Shown: positions 41,033-52,130, counted from the stretch's first letter. The stretch is DNA of 64,000 nucleotides from an uncultured Chlamydiae bacterium (GCA_963730605.1 CAVSSM010000004.1:1-64000), one strand, 5' to 3'. Numbers and translations: made by a program. The notes: generated from the sequence alone by a model not told the origin.

Positions 41033-41479
41033 TTAGCGGGATAAACCCTTGTTTCCCACATCGATGAGCTTCGTCCAGAATTGATGTTCCCACTCGCCGG
41101 CGACCTCCCCTTTTTCCGAGATTGCTTGCACCCGATAAGTCAGGATCCGCCGGTCAATGCCGCCGGCAGCCTGCGGGAAAAAGAAAGCGGTGTAGTCCGT
41201 CTCCTTTCGATTGGCTGGCAGATCGTCTCTTTGGGAATCGTCCCAGAAACGGATCGTCAGATGGAGTTGCAGCCCCTTTTCGAAAACGCTTCGAGGAAAA
41301 TCCCAACTCACTAAAAGACGCTGCCCTACAGGCGCATCCTCTTGCCGAGGGTCAGGCGTCCGGATGTGGCTGCTGGCCAGATAATCCCGGTCGATCCATT
41401 CTTGCTGGACATTGAAATGGTTCTTATAGCAAGAAGCGAGGTTGATTGCGGCGAGGATTAGGAGTATCTTAAAATACAT
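41033..41479 (-). CDS. Chlamydial conserved lipoprotein-like protein
   Basis: MYFKILLILAAINLASC lipobox; YLASSHIRTPDPR, W.HQFW. Confidence 0.7.
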   Translation of the reverse strand: MYFKILLILAAINLASCYKNHFNVQQEWIDRDYLASSHIRTPDPRQEDAPVGQRLLVSWDFPRSVFEKGLQLHLTIRFWDDSQRDDLPANRKETDYTAFFFPQAAGGIDRRILTYRVQAISEKGEVAGEWEHQFWTKLIDVGNKGLSR

Positions 41480-41984
41480 GAATCTCAAAAGTGGGCCCGA
41501 AAGCGTTGCCGGCGTTATTTTCAATCCTGAACGGACAGCTGTTCTCCTCATCCAACGCCGCGACGTCCCTGTCTGGGTGCTCCCAGGCGGCGGAGTGGAA
41601 AAGGGGGAACTGCCGCAGGATGCCATCGTACGGGAAATTTTGGAAGAAACCGGCTTAACTGTCAAAGCCGAGAGACTCGTCGGCATCTACACCCCGATCA
41701 ACCGGCTCGCTCGCCATACGCTCCTTTACGAATGCACCTCATTGAGCGGCGACCTTACTCTCTCCAATGAAACAAAGGGCGTTTCTTTCTTCTCTCTAAA
41801 CACTCTTCCGCCACTTCCTCCTCCTTATCAGGAGTGGATCGACGACGGAGCCGCCATGGGTCCTACCCTGATCAAACCCCTAACATCCGTCACCTATTCG
41901 GCCTTGCTCAAGAATCTCATGCTCCATCCCATTCTCGTCATCCGGTTCCTTTTAGCCCGCCTCGGATTCGCGATCAATTCTTAA
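41478..41984 (+). CDS. NUDIX hydrolase
   Basis: RRDVPVWVLPGGGVEKGE......REILEETG. Confidence 0.9.
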   Translation: MNLKSGPESVAGVIFNPERTAVLLIQRRDVPVWVLPGGGVEKGELPQDAIVREILEETGLTVKAERLVGIYTPINRLARHTLLYECTSLSGDLTLSNETKGVSFFSLNTLPPLPPPYQEWIDDGAAMGPTLIKPLTSVTYSALLKNLMLHPILVIRFLLARLGFAINS

Positions 41985-42012
41985 AGAAGGTTCAAAATTT
42001 CCCATGCACTAA

Positions 42013-42181
42013 TAACCTGAGTTTTGGGTTCATTTGCCTGAGCTTCAATTTCTTTCGGCATCTTTTTGACTTTTCGCCTCGGCAAGATGCTCGTCCCGAT
42101 ATTGCTCTCGGCTCCAAAGCGCAAAAATATGCTCGAAATATCCTTGAATCTCATAGACAAATGAACCCAAAACTCAGGTTA
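42013..42181. mobile_element. 169-bp MITE/RPE-like palindromic element
   Basis: Perfect 24-bp IR TAACCTGAGTTTTGGGTTCATTTG / CAAATGAACCCAAAACTCAGGTTA; CTAA on both flanks. Confidence 0.85.
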
Positions 42182-42198
42182 CTAAGCGCGGCTGTAAA

Positions 42199-42504
42199 TT
42201 GTCTTTTGACAAAGGCGAGGCTGAAGTGGATCTTGAAGCAAGCACACTGCGCATTCAACGCAACGATCATTCCCCTGTAGTATTTGACTTGAATACTAGA
42301 AATATTCCCCATGCTGGCGGGGATGTCTATGTAGCCCATACAGTGCTTGGCACTTTGCCTCAGGGGAATCACCAGGCAGAGTTTGCCGACCCCTCCGTAC
42401 AAATCTCAACAATCCTGTCTCTTGTATCAGAAGAACAAGCTCGGACCTGCGATCCCACACCCCGCAAAATTTCTAAGGTGAACAATCAATGGGTTGTGGA
42501 GTAA
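42199..42504 (+). CDS. Hypothetical protein, possibly 5'-truncated by the palindromic insertion
   Basis: 101-aa ORF without a good start or RBS. Confidence 0.4.
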   Translation: MSFDKGEAEVDLEASTLRIQRNDHSPVVFDLNTRNIPHAGGDVYVAHTVLGTLPQGNHQAEFADPSVQISTILSLVSEEQARTCDPTPRKISKVNNQWVVE

Positions 42505-42509
42505 GAAAG

Positions 42510-43442
42510 TCAAAACCTCGTCTGAAGGGTACTAATTTGAATAGCCCTTTCGAAAATCTCTTTCGAGCCAGAGGAGAGCGTCCCCGACTTGAACTTATAA
42601 TCCTCGGAGAGAAAATCGAGCGGCTTTCCTTTTAGATCGGTGATGTTCCCTCCCGCTTCTTTCAAGATCACGGCGCCGGAAGCATAGTCCCAGACGCTTC
42701 CGCTCTCTCCGCTAGACGCGTAGATATTTCGGCTCCCTTCCGCGATCATGCAAAGCCTAAGACCGCAACTGCCCACGTTCTTGAAATCTCGCTTTAGCAT
42801 TTTGGGGGTAAGCTCCATGCCTAAAAGAGAGGTGTAAAACAAGTGGACAAAGGAGGATTTCCGCGAGGAGATAACCGGACGGACCACTTTCGCTTTGCCT
42901 TCGACGCGGATCCGTTTCAGCGCCCCGTTTCTCACCTGCTTATAGGCTCCGCATCCAAGGACAGCCAAGTACATTTTCTTTGCCACCGGATAGTAATTCA
43001 CTCCCAAAACCGGCTCGCCGAAATGTAAAAGGGCGATGTGGATCCCGAAATCTTTTCCTCCGGCGATGAAAGATTTCGTCCCATCCAGAGGATCGACCAC
43101 CCAGGTCCATTCGGCCTCTCTCCAGCGGGCGATGGCCTTTTCCATCATTTCTCCATCGATTTTCTCTTCGGTCAAAAGCCCATAATCGGGAAAGGCTGCT
43201 AGAAGCTTTTTACAAATCGCCTCGTTCGATTGCAGATCGGCGATCGTCACTGGCGTCTCTCCCTTCAGCTCGGTCTCGAGGTCGACGCCCCGGTTCCAAT
43301 ACTGAAGCAGGATACTCCCCGCCTCTCTTGCAGCCTCCCTGGCCGTCTCCAGTTCTTTTGGGTAGGAAAACACCGGAGCCTTCTCCTGTTTAGAGAATAG
43401 GCAAGAGACGAACAAATTCAAAAGCAACAAAATCCTCAACAT
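42510..43442 (-). CDS. Inositol monophosphatase / CysQ family protein with signal-peptide-like N-terminus
   Basis: PVTIAD, LTEE, WVVDPLDGTKSF, WDYASG.VI..EAGG. Confidence 0.9.
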   Translation of the reverse strand: MLRILLLLNLFVSCLFSKQEKAPVFSYPKELETAREAAREAGSILLQYWNRGVDLETELKGETPVTIADLQSNEAICKKLLAAFPDYGLLTEEKIDGEMMEKAIARWREAEWTWVVDPLDGTKSFIAGGKDFGIHIALLHFGEPVLGVNYYPVAKKMYLAVLGCGAYKQVRNGALKRIRVEGKAKVVRPVISSRKSSFVHLFYTSLLGMELTPKMLKRDFKNVGSCGLRLCMIAEGSRNIYASSGESGSVWDYASGAVILKEAGGNITDLKGKPLDFLSEDYKFKSGTLSSGSKEIFERAIQISTLQTRF

Positions 43443-43775
43443 ACTGCGGCCATAACCCAAAAAACTTAACCACAGAGAGCAAGAGAGCTCACAGAAGCGC
43501 GAAGCGCGCGAAACTGCTTCTATTCTTTCTCTCTTGTGCTCTGTGTTCTCTTCAGACTTTCGTACCCTTTGGGATAAATGTCCTCATATTTCTCGCTCCT
43601 CCAGAGCCTTTCAACGAACACGTTTTCAGAAAACTCGCACATCGCGTATATCCATTTCATTGTAAAAAATTATCCTTTTTGAAAAGTCAAGTCAAAAAAC
43701 GAGACTATAGATTCCAAGTCCAATGAAGTCAAGGCTATCCCCAAGTTGCTCAGGAGCGACATACCGGTCGCACTC

Positions 43776-43810
43776 ATGTGCGATTTTCCGCTTCGGAAAA
43801 CTCGCACATC
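43776..43810 (-). terminator. Hairpin downstream of atpK (possible terminator or REP-like element)
   Basis: ATGTGCGATTTTCC-GCTTC-GGAAAACTCGCACAT. Confidence 0.5.
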
Positions 43811-43821
43811 GCGTAAAATCC

Positions 43822-44244
43822 TTACATCAAAAGCAGCGCGAAGACGAAGGCGAACAGGGCGAACGATTCGATAATGGTGATCGACACAAGCGTCTTCCCG
43901 TAGATAGCGGGCTGTTTCGCCGCGGCTTGGATCGCAGTCGCGCAGCACTTGCCTTGAAATAAGGAGGAAGCGATGAGAGCCAGGCCGACCACAAACCCGA
44001 TTCCGATCGCGCTGACTCCGGTGAGAGTGCCCGCTTTGATGGCGTTTTTCATCATGACCATGAGGATCAGGCCGTAGATAGACTGGGATGAAGGGATCGC
44101 TGAGAGGGCGATGAATTTGGCGTGTCCTTCATCGAAGCGAGACATGATGGCGTGGGAGGCCATGCCGGCAATGCCGCATCCAACCGCGCTTCCAAAACAG
44201 CCGAGACCCATCACGATCGCGGGGCCTATCATATCGAAATTCAT
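43822..44244 (-). CDS. atpK: V-type ATP synthase subunit K (c)
   Basis: Four TM segments, PSSQSIYG, IIESFALF. Confidence 0.92.
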   Translation of the reverse strand: MNFDMIGPAIVMGLGCFGSAVGCGIAGMASHAIMSRFDEGHAKFIALSAIPSSQSIYGLILMVMMKNAIKAGTLTGVSAIGIGFVVGLALIASSLFQGKCCATAIQAAAKQPAIYGKTLVSITIIESFALFAFVFALLLM

Positions 44245-44252
44245 AAGTTCTC

Positions 44253-46175
44253 CTATTTAACTTTGCGTATTCTAAGTGGATTGAAAAGGCGCCCTCCCCC
44301 CTCGAAACAAAAACGGTACCATTCCAGGAAGTTGAGGCGGAGGCCATGGATCGTCGCCGACATAGTAGAAAGGCTGATGTTGATCAAATGGCCAAAGAGG
44401 ACGACAAAGATGGTTGCGATGACGCCGAGCTCAATTCCGAGGGTCGTATTCACCGTATTGGCCATCACCATGCCCGCGAGAGCCAAAGCGTAGAGGCGAA
44501 GGTAGGAAAGGACGTCCGAAAAGACCTGAATGCCGTTTGTCAACTCGACAATCGAGAGCCATTTTTTTCCTTGGAAAAGGGAGGCGATAAGGACGATGGC
44601 GGGCCCGACGGCGAGGAACTGTAACCCGAGGAAGCGGGCCAAAGACTGCGAAATCAGACCGGTGAAGTTCGCGATCGAGGCGGCGCCTAAATAGACCGGG
44701 AAATACAAATATCCGCCGATCATGAAGAGGATCCATCCGAGCCCAGCGGGATTCCGGAGCAGCCATCGGCAAAAGGAGGTTGTGAGATGGACGATCCCGA
44801 CAAGAAGCGAGAGTTCGAGAAGGATGTTGTTGAAAAAATCTTCAAGCGCTTTGTATTTGATATGACCCTCTTTCCTATAGGCCGTCTTTACGAGGAAATC
44901 ATGTCCGTCGGCAGCGTCTTTGACGCCCGGATAATCTTTGAGATAGGAATGATAGACCTCGTCTTTTTGCTCTAGGTGATAACCGGCTTTTTTTTCCGCA
45001 AGGAAGTCAATGAATGACGTCTTGCGGAGGGGGTTTTCCGCTCCGATCTCAATCCCGAAGTAAGAAGCGGTGACGCATCCCCAGACGATGCAGGAGATGG
45101 AGAGAAGCATGAATAGCTTCGCGAACCGCTTCAGGGTGCCCGGCGCGTCTTTCGGAATTTTCCATTTGAGGATCAGGGCGATCACAAGGAAGATGAACCC
45201 ATAGCCGGCATCCGAGATGATCATGGCAAAGAAAAGAGCAAAAAACCAAAGGATCCAAGCAGAGGGGTCAAGGTCTGTGGAAGCGGGGACGTCGTAAATA
45301 TAGATGAGGTCTTCGCCGAGTTTCGAGATTCTTTTGTTTTCGACGCAGGTGGGAATCCTGTCCGCCGCTTCGATCGCGATCTCTTCGCATTGGACGTTCA
45401 GGTTGCTGAGCAGGCCAAAGAGGGCCGCCGTACGGTTTTCAGGGACCCAGGCCTCGATCGCGAATACGGCGTCGCCAAGAGGGGTCGTTGCGTCGTGTTT
45501 GGCAAGGTTCAAAGTATATTTATTCAGACAGTCATTGAAGCCGTTTTGCAGCTCGGGGAGGGCGTTGCAGAAGAGGCGAAGATCGGCTTCGCACCGGGCG
45601 AGCTCGCCCTGCGCAGTCAGGAGCCTTTCCTTCAGTTCTCCGACGGGAGCGTCGATCAGGATCTCGATCATTTTGGGATATTGGACCCGCTCTTTGTTTA
45701 CGCTCACGAAATAATCGAGATCATATTCGGTGCCGACGAAAATAACCTCAGAGGGGAGGACCATCTCCCGGGCAAGATCGCTTTTCATGCAGAAGAATTG
45801 GATGACCCGTTTGCCAGCGCTTTCGACCTCGGCAAGATCCATCTTGGAAAAGTCGCCGAAGATGGCGATCCGGGAGATCTCGGCTTTCAAGATCCGCTGC
45901 TCTTCGAGAAGCCTCTCCTCATCCGCATGCAACTTCAGGATTGTTTGCGCAATGAGGAGAGGCTCGAGCGGAGGGGCCTCTTTAGGATGGATGAAATGGT
46001 GTTTGGCAATCTTGATGGCGGTTAGGATCGTCTTTGCGTCCTCTGGCAGCTCAATGGCTTTTTTGTGGGAAAGGCCGATGAACTCCAAAAAGCCAGCCCG
46101 TTGGGCCAAGGTGAAAAAGCGGTCTGTCTCGCTTTTACTGCCCCAAAGGAGGTATTTATGCATTTTGATGATCAC
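44253..46175 (-). CDS. atpI: V-type ATP synthase subunit I
   Basis: FFAMIISDAGYG, SDVLSYLRLYAL, HGLRLNFLEW. Confidence 0.95.
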   Translation of the reverse strand: MIIKMHKYLLWGSKSETDRFFTLAQRAGFLEFIGLSHKKAIELPEDAKTILTAIKIAKHHFIHPKEAPPLEPLLIAQTILKLHADEERLLEEQRILKAEISRIAIFGDFSKMDLAEVESAGKRVIQFFCMKSDLAREMVLPSEVIFVGTEYDLDYFVSVNKERVQYPKMIEILIDAPVGELKERLLTAQGELARCEADLRLFCNALPELQNGFNDCLNKYTLNLAKHDATTPLGDAVFAIEAWVPENRTAALFGLLSNLNVQCEEIAIEAADRIPTCVENKRISKLGEDLIYIYDVPASTDLDPSAWILWFFALFFAMIISDAGYGFIFLVIALILKWKIPKDAPGTLKRFAKLFMLLSISCIVWGCVTASYFGIEIGAENPLRKTSFIDFLAEKKAGYHLEQKDEVYHSYLKDYPGVKDAADGHDFLVKTAYRKEGHIKYKALEDFFNNILLELSLLVGIVHLTTSFCRWLLRNPAGLGWILFMIGGYLYFPVYLGAASIANFTGLISQSLARFLGLQFLAVGPAIVLIASLFQGKKWLSIVELTNGIQVFSDVLSYLRLYALALAGMVMANTVNTTLGIELGVIATIFVVLFGHLINISLSTMSATIHGLRLNFLEWYRFCFEGGGRLFNPLRIRKVK

Positions 46176-46786
46176 GGAGCCGCCTCCGCCTTGCGCTTTT
46201 GGATTTTTCTTTTTGCGACTTTTGCTTGGGCCACTGCCGCAAGCTGCTGATCGCCGAGGAAAATCCGGATCTTGCTGATGTTCGCCTGCGACCTTGGGAT
46301 CAAAATTTTTTCAAAGAGGTTCACTCGGATCGAAACCTCGCGCAGCTCCTTTTGCAATGCCCGCTTCTTTTCGAGTGCGATCGTAATTTTTTCCCGGATC
46401 GTAACGAGCTCCCGAAGAAGCTCTGTGGCCCGGTCTGTCCAGGCGGGCGTGTCGAAGAGAAAATATTCGGGATCCCTGAAGACCACTTTTTCCAAAATGG
46501 GGATTTCGACGCCTGCGATATTCTCATACTTTTTTTTCACATGGAGGACATCGGCATACTCGAGAAGATTGACTGTGACCTTTTCAAGAAGAAAAGGGGA
46601 AACGCCGTCCACCTGTTTGCGAGATAGTTTCAAATCGTCGGAGAGCCTCGCGATTTCCATGTCGGCGGCCATGACTTCGAACTGGAGCATCGCTTTTTTG
46701 AGCTGAAGAGTAGGAAGATACCGCTGGAACTGCGTCAAGCGCGTTTGCTGGCTGCGCAGCTCGAACTTTGTCAGTTTCAAGGTCAT
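46172..46786 (-). CDS. atpD: V-type ATP synthase subunit D
   Basis: [20 protein letters not shown]. Confidence 0.93.
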   Translation of the reverse strand: MTLKLTKFELRSQQTRLTQFQRYLPTLQLKKAMLQFEVMAADMEIARLSDDLKLSRKQVDGVSPFLLEKVTVNLLEYADVLHVKKKYENIAGVEIPILEKVVFRDPEYFLFDTPAWTDRATELLRELVTIREKITIALEKKRALQKELREVSIRVNLFEKILIPRSQANISKIRIFLGDQQLAAVAQAKVAKRKIQKRKAEAAP

Positions 46787-48099
46787 GAGATGATGGGTAG
46801 CTCCTTCGGCCAATACTTATCAGAAATCTGCTTTTTCACTCCGATCTCTTCTAATTCAAAGCATTCGGCCAGTGTCAGCCAGCCGAGATCGAGCGCCGCT
46901 TCTAAAGAGAGGTTCACATCCAGGTCCATCATCCTCTCCTCGAAGAGAAATGAATAGCGGAGGAGCTTTTCGTCCCAACGAGAGAGGCGAAATCCCATCG
47001 CTTGCCGCTCGCGCGCCTTTTTCGAATCGGCATAAAGGCGGATCATGGTATTGGCAAGGTCGCCGTGGTCTTCCCGGGTCACTTTCCCGATCACCTGCTG
47101 CTTGAGCCGGGACAATGAGCCGAAGGGGTCGATCGATCCGTCATGAAGGTAAAACTGTCCCTCGGTGATGTATCCGGTGTTGTCGGGGATCGGATGAGTG
47201 ACGTCGCCGCCGGGCATCGTGGTGACGGCGATGATCGTGATCGAGCCGCTCCCTTCGATGTCGACCGCCTTTTCATATCGGAAAGCCAGGTCGGAATAGA
47301 GAGAGCCCGGATAACCCCGGTTCGAGGGGATCTGATCCATCGTGATCGCGATTTCTTTGATCGCATCGGCATAGGCGGTCATGTCGGTCATCAGGACCAA
47401 GACCGTTTTCCCAGCAAGGGCGAATTTTTCCGCGACCGCGAGGGCCATGTCAGGGACAAGGAGGCACTCTACCGGAGGATCGGTGGCTTGATGGATGAAC
47501 ATGACGGTTTTTTCGATCGATCCCGCTTTTTCGGCATTGTCGATAAACGCCTGGGTATCGTCGAAACGGAGCCCCATCCCTGCGAGAATCACGACATCGG
47601 CATCGGTCTGGTTGGCGATCCGCATCAAAAGAGGGTTGTATGGTTCTCCCGCGACCGAAAAAATGGGGATTTTTTGCGATTTGACAAGACAGTTGAAAAC
47701 GTCGATCATCGGGATATTGGTCCGGACAAGCTCCCTCGGAATGATCCTCCGGGTCGGGTTGAAGGAGGGCTGGCCGATATCGACGCTCTCTCCCACGATT
47801 TCCGGACCTTCGTCTATGGGGTCGCCGGCGCCGTTCAAACGGCGCCCTAATAGGTCATCGGTAAAGGTCGCCGCTATTTGCCTCCCAAGAAAGGTGACTT
47901 TGTCTCCCGTAGAGATCCCTCGGATATTTTCGAAGACCTGCAGGGTGACGAGATCTTCATCGAATCTAAGAACCGATGCGAAAGTGCTTGTGCCGTTCGC
48001 TTTATGGATCCGAGCCACCTCTCCAAGGGAAATACCGACCGCTGCGACCGTGATGAGGTTGCCGCGCATATCGATGATCCGGTCGTATACTTTTCTCAT
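46783..48099 (-). CDS. atpB: V-type ATP synthase subunit B
   Basis: [35 protein letters not shown]. Confidence 0.96.
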   Translation of the reverse strand: MRKVYDRIIDMRGNLITVAAVGISLGEVARIHKANGTSTFASVLRFDEDLVTLQVFENIRGISTGDKVTFLGRQIAATFTDDLLGRRLNGAGDPIDEGPEIVGESVDIGQPSFNPTRRIIPRELVRTNIPMIDVFNCLVKSQKIPIFSVAGEPYNPLLMRIANQTDADVVILAGMGLRFDDTQAFIDNAEKAGSIEKTVMFIHQATDPPVECLLVPDMALAVAEKFALAGKTVLVLMTDMTAYADAIKEIAITMDQIPSNRGYPGSLYSDLAFRYEKAVDIEGSGSITIIAVTTMPGGDVTHPIPDNTGYITEGQFYLHDGSIDPFGSLSRLKQQVIGKVTREDHGDLANTMIRLYADSKKARERQAMGFRLSRWDEKLLRYSFLFEERMMDLDVNLSLEAALDLGWLTLAECFELEEIGVKKQISDKYWPKELPIIS

Positions 48100-49892
48100 G
48101 CTTTTCTCATCGTTCTCGTTTTCGCATCGATCTTTTGTTCCGCTGCGTGAATGGCCGCCTTATACGCTTGCGACTGGAATGGGAGGAAGTTGATGTTCTT
48201 GATATCGTTTTGGAGAGTGAGAAAAAAGCTTCTCGCCTCATCGTGCGCATCAAAATCGAATTCGACATCGAAAATTTTCTGGATCAAGCGGAACATTTCG
48301 ATTTGGCGCTCGAGAGGACAGTAGGCGTCTTCCTTATCGAAAGCGTTTTGCTGCAAATAGGCAAACTCATAAAGCTCCGATTTGAGGAAGATGATCATAT
48401 CGATGAGCGCCACCCCTTCTTCGCCCACCACCTCCATTCTTTTGCCAATCTCATCCCCTTTGCGAAGGATCTCCGCTGCTTTGCGGACCCGATCCGCCCA
48501 CTTGGCATACCGTTCATTGAGATTGGCCCCCGCCTCGTCCAAATATTTCGTCCAAGAGATGAGCGGATCGATCGCTGGATAGCGGCGAGCGTCCGACCTG
48601 GCCCTCGAAAGCCCGTGGAACGCTCCGACGATGGCAAGAGACGCCTGAGTGACCGGCTCTTCAAAGTTGCCGCCGGCCGGCGATACGCTGCCGCCGATCG
48701 TCAAGGAGCCTATCCGGCCGCCCTTCGTCTCGACGACTCCCGATCTCTCATAGAAAGAGGAGATGCGGGAAGCGAGATAGGCGGGGAAAGCTTCTTCGCC
48801 GGGAATCTCTTCGAGGCGGCCCGACATCTCGCGCATGGCCTGAGCCCAGCGGGAGGTCGAATCGGCTAAGAGAAGCACATCGATTCCCATCTGGCGGTAA
48901 TATTCGGCGATCGCGGCCCCCATGTAGACGGAAGCTTCGCGGGCGGCGACCGGCATCGAAGAGGTATTGCAGATCATGACCGTCCGCTTCATCAGGGAAT
49001 CGTTCGTATGGGGGTCGGTCAGCTGCGGAAACGTGCGGAGAACCTCGACGATCTCCCCTGCTCTCTCCCCACACGCTACGATGACGACGATATCGACGGC
49101 CGAGTACTTCGAGAGATGGTGCTGCATGACGGTTTTTCCGGCGCCAAACGGGCCCGGAGAACAGAACGTCCCCCCTTTGAGGACAGGGAACTGGGTGTCG
49201 AGGATCCTAAGGCCGGTATCCATCATGCGGCTCGGCTTGATTTTTCTCCCTTCGAACAGGGGGTTCTTAACGGGCCATTTTTGGACCATGGTAAAAGAAA
49301 CCGTCTTCCCCGATTCATCCACCCCTTCGGCCACTTCCGTGTCGATCGTGTAGGTCGCGGCCTTAGCGACGCGTGTGATCTTCACCTTGCCGAAATAAGA
49401 AAAGGGAACCATGATGAGGTGCTGAAACCTCCCCTCAGGAACGAAGCCGAGGGTCTCTCCTCGAGAAAGGACGTCCCCAGGTTTTGCGACAGGGGTAAAA
49501 TCCCATTTTTTCTCCCGGTTCAAAGGTTTGATATAGACGCCGCGGGAAAGATATACGCCGGTCGCATTCGCCACCTCTTCCAAAGGGTTTTGCAATCCAT
49601 CGAAAATGGAGGTGAGGAGGCCTGGGCCAAGCTCCGCTTCGAGTAAATGGCCCGCGAAATGGACCGGCGTCGCGAACTTAACGCCGCGTGTATCTTCGAA
49701 TACCTGCATCTTCGCCTCTCCAGAGGCGATTTCGATCACCTCGGCGAGAAGTTGGGAATGGCCGACTTTGACGTAGGCGACCTCTCCTTGGCGGATCGAG
49801 CCGTTGAAGCGAACGTGCAAGAGGTTGCCGAACGCTTGGACGACAGTCCCGGAAGCGTGCTTTGATGATGGATCGGACTCATTCATATTCAC
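48096..49892 (-). CDS. atpA: V-type ATP synthase subunit A
   Basis: [36 protein letters not shown]. Confidence 0.97.
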   Translation of the reverse strand: MNMNESDPSSKHASGTVVQAFGNLLHVRFNGSIRQGEVAYVKVGHSQLLAEVIEIASGEAKMQVFEDTRGVKFATPVHFAGHLLEAELGPGLLTSIFDGLQNPLEEVANATGVYLSRGVYIKPLNREKKWDFTPVAKPGDVLSRGETLGFVPEGRFQHLIMVPFSYFGKVKITRVAKAATYTIDTEVAEGVDESGKTVSFTMVQKWPVKNPLFEGRKIKPSRMMDTGLRILDTQFPVLKGGTFCSPGPFGAGKTVMQHHLSKYSAVDIVVIVACGERAGEIVEVLRTFPQLTDPHTNDSLMKRTVMICNTSSMPVAAREASVYMGAAIAEYYRQMGIDVLLLADSTSRWAQAMREMSGRLEEIPGEEAFPAYLASRISSFYERSGVVETKGGRIGSLTIGGSVSPAGGNFEEPVTQASLAIVGAFHGLSRARSDARRYPAIDPLISWTKYLDEAGANLNERYAKWADRVRKAAEILRKGDEIGKRMEVVGEEGVALIDMIIFLKSELYEFAYLQQNAFDKEDAYCPLERQIEMFRLIQKIFDVEFDFDAHDEARSFFLTLQNDIKNINFLPFQSQAYKAAIHAAEQKIDAKTRTMRKA

Positions 49893-50655
49893 TCAATTTT
49901 TCTACTTCTAATCTTCCCTTCACTCGATCGAGTTGAAACCAGTTGTCGATGATGAGGAACCGGGCCGCAATCCCTAGAACCTGATCGATCGAAAACGGGG
50001 CCTCTTCATCTTCCATTTCTTCGATTTTCTTTAAACGGTACTCCAAGAGAGCACGATCTAATTTTTCTGGATCGTGGGCATTTTCTACAAACAAGATTTT
50101 CAAATCTTCGTATTCTTTCGGTGGGATGAAATCTGCCGCGTCTTTTTGAGCCAGGATATTTGCGATGAAAGGATCTGCCGGATCCTCGAACTGCAGCTCC
50201 CTTAAGAGATCGCGGTGAGCCGCCCTTGCTCTTAGCGCCGTTAAAATCAGCGCCCGCTCCCTTTCAAAACGATAGTAGCGGCTCAAAAAACCCTTCAAGG
50301 AATCCTCTGATTCGCGAAAAAAGGAGGCGAAAAGCGATGGAAAGGCCTTTAACCTCTCTTTTGGCGACTCATGACGGTCCAAAAATTCCGTGAGGTACAA
50401 AGGAAGCCCCTCCTGCAAGAGCATGGCCTCCTCGAGTTCCTGCCCACTGAGATTTCCCCTCTCGTCCAAAGGCATCCCGAGCCATAAGGCGCGGATATTA
50501 TAGAGATCGATCGGCCGGAGCAAGGCCTGGAACTTTTTTAAATCGGGAGGCGTTAGGTTCAAAGAAAAAAGTCTTTTTAGCTCCTTGAACGTCATTTCGG
50601 GAGCCGCCTTCAAGCTTAAGGGAGGAAGGGCGGGAAGAAGAAAATAATAATACAC
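49879..50655 (-). CDS. DUF2764-like V-ATPase-associated protein
   Basis: Position between subunits E and A; YYF...LP.L N-terminus. Confidence 0.8.
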   Translation of the reverse strand: MYYYFLLPALPPLSLKAAPEMTFKELKRLFSLNLTPPDLKKFQALLRPIDLYNIRALWLGMPLDERGNLSGQELEEAMLLQEGLPLYLTEFLDRHESPKERLKAFPSLFASFFRESEDSLKGFLSRYYRFERERALILTALRARAAHRDLLRELQFEDPADPFIANILAQKDAADFIPPKEYEDLKILFVENAHDPEKLDRALLEYRLKKIEEMEDEEAPFSIDQVLGIAARFLIIDNWFQLDRVKGRLEVEKLSEYE

Positions 50656-50662
50656 TGATGCC

Positions 50663-51307
50663 TTATACGCTAAAAATAAGATCCCGGAAATCGCGCCGTA
50701 TGTACTGGGCGATCACTTCCCTCACCGCTTCATCGGAAATGTCGATCGTGATTTTTCTCTCTTTGAGCCGGACTTTAGCCCCTCCGGCAAAGCCGCCAAC
50801 GGCGATCCCCTCTTTTTTGAGGCGATCTAAGACCTGGGCAGCTAAAAGGGAGCTAATCGTTCGGGGCGCGATCGATTTCGGGATCACGGCGACAAAATCG
50901 TCATCGATCCCCTTCTCCTCCATCGCCTTCATAAACGCATTGAGAATGTGGGCGACGGCTTTCGGATCTCCCATTTCCTTTTCGACAAGGCTGAAAAGCT
51001 CGCGGTTGAAAAGTTCATGTTCGATCTCTTGCTTCATCCGCTCGATCCCCTGGCGGCATGCCATCGCAAGGGACGATTCGAAGATTTTCTTTCTTTCCTC
51101 GATCTCTTTTTCAGCCTTGCGGATCTCCATTTCCGCTTTTTTCTTCGCCACTTGTTCGATTTCAGAGGCAGCGAGATGGGCGTTTTCGACGATCTCCCTC
51201 GCCTCTTGCTTAGCCGGCTCCAAGGTCTCTTTCCGGAGCGCGTCGCAAATCTTTTGGACTTTGTCCTTTCCTGTCTCCAATCCTTTCACCGGGGCCTCCG
51301 CTAACAA
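50663..51307 (-). CDS. atpE: V-type ATP synthase subunit E
   Basis: KVQKICD.LR.ETLEPA; helical N-terminus; operon position. Confidence 0.88.
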   Translation of the reverse strand: MLAEAPVKGLETGKDKVQKICDALRKETLEPAKQEAREIVENAHLAASEIEQVAKKKAEMEIRKAEKEIEERKKIFESSLAMACRQGIERMKQEIEHELFNRELFSLVEKEMGDPKAVAHILNAFMKAMEEKGIDDDFVAVIPKSIAPRTISSLLAAQVLDRLKKEGIAVGGFAGGAKVRLKERKITIDISDEAVREVIAQYIRRDFRDLIFSV

Positions 51308-51548
51308 TTCCTCATCGATTCTACACCTCGCTCTATTTTTTTACCTAAAAAACGCGAGTTCTCGCGTTAAAAATGCTCCAAAAAATCTCCAAAAACTGAT
51401 GAAGTTCCAATCCCTTTTCAGTCTCTAACTCCTTCTTACAAAGAGGGTTTTTGAAATTTCTAGAAAAAATTGAGAAAAAATTATATAAACTGGTATTTAC
51501 GAGTCGTAGGACTTCGGTTATGCTGTTTTTCAAACCTGGAGAGTTAAA

Positions 51549-51776
51549 ATGAAAAAAATCACGATGTTAATAGCAGTGCTAGCGATGGTGGGAAGCAATT
51601 CTGCTTTTGCCCAAAATAACAATATGGGGAAAGGCTCTGCTGCCAGTGCAAACACTAGCTCTAGCAACGGTTATATGAGCTGGCTAGTCGGGCTGGGCTC
51701 GTTGGCAGTGCTTGGGACAGTTGTCGGCCTTTCAGCCGCTTCTGCTTCCTCCACGCCATCTACCTTTGGCCACTAG
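51549..51776 (+). CDS. Small secreted/membrane protein, His-terminated
   Basis: RBS GGAG, AFA signal cleavage motif, C-terminal hydrophobic helix. Confidence 0.75.
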   Translation: MKKITMLIAVLAMVGSNSAFAQNNNMGKGSAASANTSSSNGYMSWLVGLGSLAVLGTVVGLSAASASSTPSTFGH

Positions 51777-51862
51777 AAGTTTAAACCAGATCCCTCCTTG
51801 CCCAGCCTCTCTCTGATTGCCTGAAAGTCGGCGATATGAGATAAGGGGGCTTAGGGGGGATT

Positions 51863-52120
51863 ATGATTCGTCGAGCATTGCTTGTCGTCCTGGCTCTCGC
51901 TTTTCTCTCCACGGGCTTTGCCCAGGAGGCCGTAAGCCGAGAGAGAGCTGCGCGGCGCGGTGAAAACGCCGGTTACGGTTCCAGGAATGCTACCGTTTTA
52001 TCCATGATGGGCTGGGGGGTTGGCTTAGCTGTTGGAATTGCAACGCTTTGCGCATTGATTCCAATCAGTGAAGCATCCACCGCTCATGTAAGCTCAACCT
52101 CTAGCACTACCTCTCACTAA
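51863..52120 (+). CDS. Small secreted/membrane protein, His-terminated
   Basis: GFA signal cleavage motif, C-terminal hydrophobic helix, STTSH tail. Confidence 0.75.
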   Translation: MIRRALLVVLALAFLSTGFAQEAVSRERAARRGENAGYGSRNATVLSMMGWGVGLAVGIATLCALIPISEASTAHVSSTSSTTSH

Positions 52121-52130
52121 GACACATTAT

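Noticed and set aside
50658..51428. Long antisense ORFs opposite atpE and other core genes (e.g. 21690-22466, 27806-28567, 56279-57370)
   Set aside because: Shadow frames of well-supported genes on the other strand
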